Origin: Pedobacter sp. | Lineage (GTDB): Bacteria > Desulfobacterota > Desulfuromonadia > Desulfuromonadales > Syntrophotaleaceae | NCBI GenBank assembly: GCA_050253415.1 | Contig: JBFWJC010000006.1 | Location: 32,001-96,000 of the forward strand | Reading direction: 5' to 3' | Length of the DNA stretch: 64,000 nt | Shown here: one piece after another, positions 58,783-64,000 of the stretch | Layout of the letters: each line of letters opens with the position of its first letter | Position numbering within the stretch: position 1 is the stretch's first letter | Position numbers and translations under genes: made by a program | Notes under the pieces: generated by a model | Database searches by the model: none | The model's input: the letters and a program-made list of their open reading frames with translations, nothing else | What the model was told of the DNA's origin: nothing

Positions 58783-59424
58783 ATGCAGGAAAAAAATCAC
58801 TGGGAACAGATTTACGCAACCAGGCCGGCAGAGAAGCTTGGCTGGTATGCGCCCCATCTGCAGATTTCTTTAAATTGGATCAAGGGGCTTTGTTTGGCCG
58901 ATAATGCGCCGATCATCGACATTGGTGGCGGTGTATCCACCTTGGTCGACGACCTGGTGGACTCAGGCCATCAAGTAATCACAGTCCTCGACATATCTGA
59001 TAAAGCTCTGGACTCGGTCAAAGTCCGATTAGGCAAAAAGGCAGAGATGATAAGGTGGATAAGTGCCGACATCACCTCGGTTGATATGCCCAGACACTCT
59101 TATGAATTGTGGCATGATCGAGCCGTCTTCCACTTTTTGATGGAGCCTGAACGGCAACAGAAATATCGGGAAAACCTTCTGAAAGCGTTGAAACCAGGCG
59201 GGCACGCGATTATCGGAACCTTTGCACAGGAAGCCCCTGCCCGTTGCAGTGGCCTGCCGGTACAGCGCTACAGCCCGGAACAGTTAAAAGACACGCTAGG
59301 TCCTGAGTTTGACTTAAAGCGTCATCGCCAAGTGCTTCATATTACGCCGGGAGGAGTAGAGCAAATGTATCTTTATTGCCTTTTCCGGAAATCTGGCCAA
59401 CAAGGTCAAGGTACGAATCGCTGA
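58783..59424 (+). CDS. Class I SAM-dependent methyltransferase
   Basis: IIDIGGG, VLDIS, WHDRAVFHFL, CSGL. Confidence 0.88.
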   Translation: MQEKNHWEQIYATRPAEKLGWYAPHLQISLNWIKGLCLADNAPIIDIGGGVSTLVDDLVDSGHQVITVLDISDKALDSVKVRLGKKAEMIRWISADITSVDMPRHSYELWHDRAVFHFLMEPERQQKYRENLLKALKPGGHAIIGTFAQEAPARCSGLPVQRYSPEQLKDTLGPEFDLKRHRQVLHITPGGVEQMYLYCLFRKSGQQGQGTNR

Positions 59425-59545
59425 TTGCGCACGGTTTAATCCTTGCCTCGTGCCATCCGGAAAATATGGTTCAAAACAACCTCGAAACTGGAGAAAATTA
59501 ATCCCGATAAGTTACGACACCTCTTTTTGGAGGGAACGATAGACA

Positions 59546-60637
59546 ATGCCAAAAGATCCAATCTGTCAGATGGAGGTCTCAAAAGAAACAGCCATAAGCG
59601 TCCAATGCGACGGCCAGCGCTTTTACTTCTGCTCAGAGGGATGTCGCAAAAAGTTTTTAGAAGATCACTCCTGCAAGAGGCATGCGGGGCCATTCGACCT
59701 GATCATCATCGGTGGAGGGCCGGCTGGACTAACAGCAGCAACCTTCGCCGCCACCTTGAAGATGAAGGCATTCTTGATTGCCAGGGACCTGGGCGGTCAG
59801 GCGGTCGACAGCACCAAGATTGAAAACTATATGGGGTTCGACTTCATCACCGGGCCAGAGCTGATCGCCCGTTTTCAAAATCAGTTACTTCATTCCCACT
59901 TTGTCGATCACCTGATGGATGAGGTAACCCGAATCATTCCCGAAAAAGATGCGTTCCGCGTCGTCACTCGCGGACAGGATACTTTCCTGACTAAAGCTGT
60001 CCTGGTTACTACCGGCATGACCCGAAAGAAGCTTGGCATCCCCGGGGAAGAGGAGCTTCAAAGGCGTGGAGTTTTCTACGGGAATATCCCCGATTTCTCA
60101 TTTGCTGAGGGCGAGGATGTTGCCGTTATCGGAGGTGGTAACAGCGCTCTGCAGATCGTAGAAAATCTTCAAACTCTCGCCCGCAGCATCCACCTCGTTT
60201 CCACATCCCGCCTGCGAGCCGACCAGGCAACCATTGAGAGAGTGAAGAGGTTGTCAGGCCTGACAGTATACGAAGGGTACAGGACGTTGAAATTCGGCGG
60301 AGAAAATTATCTGACCACGGTAGAGATAGAAAACATGTCGGGGGCGAGATCCCTCTGCCTTTCCGTCCGGGGGGCCTTTGTCGCAATTGGACATGAACCC
60401 AACTCGGATTTGGTGGCGGATCTTGTGACCCTGAATGAAAAAGAAGAAATCGCCATAGGGCCTGATTGTAGCACCTCATGTCCTGGACTTTTTGCCGCAG
60501 GCGATGTCACCGACGCTTTTGGTAAGCGAATTATCATTGCTTCCGGCGAGGGGGCCAAGGCCGCCCTTGCAGCGAAGGCGTATCTTTTAAAAAGAGCTGG
60601 CCGGCAAAGGGAGGAAACATCAGGTGCAGGGAATTGA
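59546..60637 (+). CDS. YHS domain-thioredoxin reductase-like flavoprotein (no catalytic CxxC)
   Basis: KDPICQM…YFCSEGC YHS domain; GGGPAG, IENY, GGGNSA, FAAGDVT; YGNIPD where TrxR has YCxxCD. Confidence 0.85.
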   Translation: MPKDPICQMEVSKETAISVQCDGQRFYFCSEGCRKKFLEDHSCKRHAGPFDLIIIGGGPAGLTAATFAATLKMKAFLIARDLGGQAVDSTKIENYMGFDFITGPELIARFQNQLLHSHFVDHLMDEVTRIIPEKDAFRVVTRGQDTFLTKAVLVTTGMTRKKLGIPGEEELQRRGVFYGNIPDFSFAEGEDVAVIGGGNSALQIVENLQTLARSIHLVSTSRLRADQATIERVKRLSGLTVYEGYRTLKFGGENYLTTVEIENMSGARSLCLSVRGAFVAIGHEPNSDLVADLVTLNEKEEIAIGPDCSTSCPGLFAAGDVTDAFGKRIIIASGEGAKAALAAKAYLLKRAGRQREETSGAGN

Positions 60638-60875
60638 CGCGCTATTATAAGAATTCGATAAGTGTCAGCGGAGAAAGTTGGTAACAACGCGTCAAATTTT
60701 CACAGTTCATACTATAATGAACCCAACCGCTCCTTTCAATGTTTGGCTCAATGATCGCTGCCCTGACCGGCCCCTACTCCAGTTCAATTCATAATAGCCA
60801 AAAGGGGAAACCGTATAACTTTGACGATTAATTGAAATATGTCGTCCCTCATCTAAATTGGAGTTACTGGCTACC

Positions 60876-61424
60876 ATGAGAATTCTTGCAAAACAGCCGT
60901 CTGGCTATCCCTGGTATCTCCGCCCCTTCTTCTGGAATCAAAAGAGGAAATACGGTCAGGTGCTGAAACCCGGCCTGCTGTGGGGACGAAGGCCGGGGCT
61001 GTTCATGGCCGTTGCCGCCCTCTACGGTGTGCTGGACCGGAAACGCTCACCCCTCGATCCGGCTCTGAGAGCCCTCGTCACCGTGCGGGTCTCGCAGATT
61101 AACTGGTGCCGGTTCTGTGTGGACATCAATTCCGCCCTGCTGGCCAAACGGACCGGCTCAACCGCCAAGGTCGAGGCACTGGAAAACTGGCGGGACTCCG
61201 AACTGTTCGACGATCGGGAAAAGGCGGTGCTAACCTATGCCGAGGCCATGACCGACTCTCAACAACAGGTCGATGACGACATGGTCGCCCGATTGCGCAC
61301 CTTTTTTGATGAGGATGGAATCGTGGAATTGACCGGCCTGGTCGCCTTTCAGAACCTGTCGAGCAAGTTCAATGCCGCGTTGGACGTGGAACCCCAAGGG
61401 TTTTGCAAAATACCTCCCCTCTGA
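60876..61424 (+). CDS. Carboxymuconolactone decarboxylase/AhpD family protein
   Basis: RVSQINWCRFCVD, FDDREKAVL, IVELT…NLSSKFN. Confidence 0.85.
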   Translation: MRILAKQPSGYPWYLRPFFWNQKRKYGQVLKPGLLWGRRPGLFMAVAALYGVLDRKRSPLDPALRALVTVRVSQINWCRFCVDINSALLAKRTGSTAKVEALENWRDSELFDDREKAVLTYAEAMTDSQQQVDDDMVARLRTFFDEDGIVELTGLVAFQNLSSKFNAALDVEPQGFCKIPPL

Positions 61425-61541
61425 GGATTTGCACTTCCCCTCAAGGTTCCGTTTTCTATCTCGCACAGCAGTCCTGGGAACCTTCCATCAATATCGAGAC
61501 CACATAAGGAAACCATCGAGTTGGCCCAGGTTAGTGCACCA

Positions 61542-62306
61542 TTACCGTCTGTGGTGACCCTTGAAGTCGACAACTATCGCCGTGCAATCGTCTTCCGGAG
61601 AATCCTTTCCGGTGAATTTTGTCAGCGTCCGAAATAGTTTATCCAGAAACTCCAGGTTATTCTGCTCCGATTGCAATAACATCCGTTCCAGCCGTTCCTC
61701 ACCGAAGAACTCTCCATCTTTATTGGTTGCCTCGATGATTCCATCAGTGTAAAGCAGAAGCCGGTCCTCCTCCTGCAGGGAAATGCTTGCCGTCGCTATC
61801 TCGGGATCAGGAAAATACCCTAAAGGACGGGAGGTCACCGGCAAGGTGAAAAGGAAGTCTCCACGACGGACCAAAGGGGCCGGATGACCTGCATTGACAT
61901 AAGTCATCCGCTGAGTCTCGGGATTGATGATTCCGTAAAACAACATCGTAGAAAAAAACTGGTCGAATCTTCTGGAGCGCGAGGTAAAGGTCAGGAGAAA
62001 ATTGTTGATCTGGCGGACGATGTCCTGACAGGGGCAAGGGTTCCTGAAGGCATGGTGGATAAAGCCATAGAGCAGCGCCATAATCAGCGAGGCATGAACA
62101 CCCCGGCCCGTGACGTCCCCGAGAAAGATGATCTGACAGGTATCGGACATGGTCAGAAAATCGAAATAGTCCCCGCCTACCCCATGAGCCATCCGGTTTT
62201 GGAAACCGATTTCCCCCCACTCGCAAACCGGTGAGGCTTTGGGAAAAAGGATTTTCTGCACATGGGCAGCGAGGTCAAGATCCCGGGCGCTGTCATTTTC
62301 TTCCAT
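61542..62306 (-). CDS. PP2C/SpoIIE family phosphatase (no sensor domain)
   Basis: VGGDYFD, GDVTG, NAGHP, YTDGIIE, DDCT. Confidence 0.9.
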   Translation of the reverse strand: MEENDSARDLDLAAHVQKILFPKASPVCEWGEIGFQNRMAHGVGGDYFDFLTMSDTCQIIFLGDVTGRGVHASLIMALLYGFIHHAFRNPCPCQDIVRQINNFLLTFTSRSRRFDQFFSTMLFYGIINPETQRMTYVNAGHPAPLVRRGDFLFTLPVTSRPLGYFPDPEIATASISLQEEDRLLLYTDGIIEATNKDGEFFGEERLERMLLQSEQNNLEFLDKLFRTLTKFTGKDSPEDDCTAIVVDFKGHHRR

Positions 62307-62330
62307 GAGTTGCTTTCCGGATTTTAAACA

Positions 62331-63686
62331 TTAAAGGGTCAGAATGCTCTGATCGCTCGCCACCTCGACATGGTAAGACGTCCTGCGGCGTAGATGATCA
62401 CGCATCGCTTCCAGAGCATCCGGTTCGCCATGGACCAGCTTAATGGCGGTGTTTTTTGTCAGCAGGGATCGTTCGAGCCATTGCCGGATCTCCACGTAAT
62501 CGGCATGGCCGGATAAACCGTGAATGACCTCCACCCGAGCCTTGACGGGGAACCATTCACCGTGGATTTTAACGCTATCGGCACCACCAGTCATTTTCGC
62601 CCCGCGAGTACCACCTGCCTGAAAACCTGCAAACAGCACCGTGGTGCGATGATCCCCCAACAGCCGCTTGAAATGATGCAGAATACGCCCTCCGGTAGCC
62701 ATGCCGCTGCCGGCAATGATGACGTGAGGATAAACCAACTCCGCCAGCGCCTTCGAATCCTCCACCCGATGCGTGTAGGTAGCCACTTCGCACATGCGAC
62801 GGCACTGATCATGGCTCAAGCGATGGTGACGGGAATAACGGCAGTAGATATCCGAGACATTGATGGCCATGGGGCTGTCAAGATACACCGGGATGTCGGG
62901 CACGCGACCTTCACTCTTTAAATTTGCCAGCAAGTGTTGCAGAGTCTGTGCGCGGCCCACCGCAAAACTCGGGATCAACAGCACCCCTCCTTTTTGCGCC
63001 GTCTCGTTGACGATACCTGCAAGCTGTTCGATCGGGTCCGTAACCTCATGTCGGCGATTGCCGTAGGTGGATTCCAGCAACAGCAGATCCAGTTCGGGTA
63101 ACGGCTCGGGAGGGTTCATCAGGGCATCGTTCGACTTGCCGACATCGCCGGAGAACCCCACACGTTTCCCCTCCGCCTCGGCAATAAGGCTGCCGGCACC
63201 CAGGATATGCCCCGCGGCTTGCAGATGCAGACCGATATCGCCGATCTCGACTGTTTCACCAAACTCAACCGGATCGAACAACTCCAGACAGCGCTCGGCT
63301 GTGGCCCGGTCATACAGCGGTTGCGGTTCCGCATGTTTGCTCAGTTTGTGCCGACTATAGTACTTGGCGTCCTCTTCCTGAATATGGCCGCTGTCCGGCA
63401 ATAAAATACCGCACAAGGCTTTGGTGGCAGGATGGGTGAAAACCGGCTTTCGAAAGGTTTGGCGATAAAGCACCGGAATATAACCTGAGTGATCCAGGTG
63501 CGCATGGGTCAGGACGACGGCATCAAGTTTGTCGATATTCAGTGGCAGAAGGCTCCGGTTTCGTTCCCGTAGCCACTTGTAACCCTGAAACAGGCCGCAA
63601 TCCACCAGAATCCGCGTATTGCCGCTTTCCAGCAAGTATTTGGAACCGGTGACGGTTTGGGTACCGCCTAGGAAAGTGATCTTCAT
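62331..63686 (-). CDS. Metallo-beta-lactamase/beta-CASP RNA-processing family nuclease
   Basis: VTGS, DCGLFQG, THAHLDHSG, AGHILG, ESTYG, SGHAD, VHGE; GGAG SD before 63686. Confidence 0.9.
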   Translation of the reverse strand: MKITFLGGTQTVTGSKYLLESGNTRILVDCGLFQGYKWLRERNRSLLPLNIDKLDAVVLTHAHLDHSGYIPVLYRQTFRKPVFTHPATKALCGILLPDSGHIQEEDAKYYSRHKLSKHAEPQPLYDRATAERCLELFDPVEFGETVEIGDIGLHLQAAGHILGAGSLIAEAEGKRVGFSGDVGKSNDALMNPPEPLPELDLLLLESTYGNRRHEVTDPIEQLAGIVNETAQKGGVLLIPSFAVGRAQTLQHLLANLKSEGRVPDIPVYLDSPMAINVSDIYCRYSRHHRLSHDQCRRMCEVATYTHRVEDSKALAELVYPHVIIAGSGMATGGRILHHFKRLLGDHRTTVLFAGFQAGGTRGAKMTGGADSVKIHGEWFPVKARVEVIHGLSGHADYVEIRQWLERSLLTKNTAIKLVHGEPDALEAMRDHLRRRTSYHVEVASDQSILTL

Positions 63687-64000
63687 GACAAGACTCCAAT
63701 AAGGGTTCATCCCGTTTGGCCAGGTCAAAGTCGCACGGGCAGTCGGTCGCTGCCAGGATCTCCGGATGAACACTGGCAGGTTTTCCCATTGAAAACTGTC
63801 TGAACATATATTATCAAATTGCGGTGGAACGCCCCGAGCTCGTAACCGCCTGCAGGAATGGCTGCGATTGCACCTTCTTCCGCTGCTCCGGGTAGACGCT
63901 CACGCCCCCGGCTGTTTTCCCCGGGATCGCCACCAGATGCGTTGATCCCCCGTCAGGTTACAAAGAAACGCCCTTTCCTGACCAACCTCAGGCACATCGG

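Noticed and set aside
63690..64000. Possible 3' end of a gene at the window edge
   Set aside because: Only about 30 codons with no recognisable motif

Overview
Chromosomal window from an anaerobic deltaproteobacterium. Gene order and content suggest Desulfuromonadales (Pelobacter/Syntrophotalea/Geobacter-like); this is an inference. About 1-40 kb is core genome: a partial family II pyrophosphatase, ArsR-rlmI, a bioW-bioF-bioH-bioC operon with a BirA-type operator, xseA-xseB-ispA-dxs, an extended ParA-like ATPase, ftsE-ftsX-envC-ctpA-yibQ, a nine-gene OxpG-like type II secretion/pilus cluster, an Asp-Val-Asp-Val-Asp tRNA array, tig-clpP-clpX-lon-hup, tRNA-His/Leu, and tmk-holB-PSP1-metG-TatD/radical SAM. 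About 40-64 kb is more accessory: PilZ, small hypotheticals, ADH, KfrA-like, ALDH, a ferredoxin-like gene with an Fnr/HcpR-type site, vanZ-addB-addA, and a six-gene plus-strand metal/redox cluster. That cluster encodes a Met-rich Spy/ZraP-like protein, a SHOCT protein, a multicopper oxidase fused to a probable outer-membrane barrel, a SAM methyltransferase, a YHS-domain thioredoxin-reductase homolog lacking its catalytic CxxC, and an AhpD-like protein. It is the best candidate for an undescribed system, especially the YHS-flavoprotein. No CRISPR, integrase or transposase was seen. All calls come from reading motifs by eye; no database searches were run.
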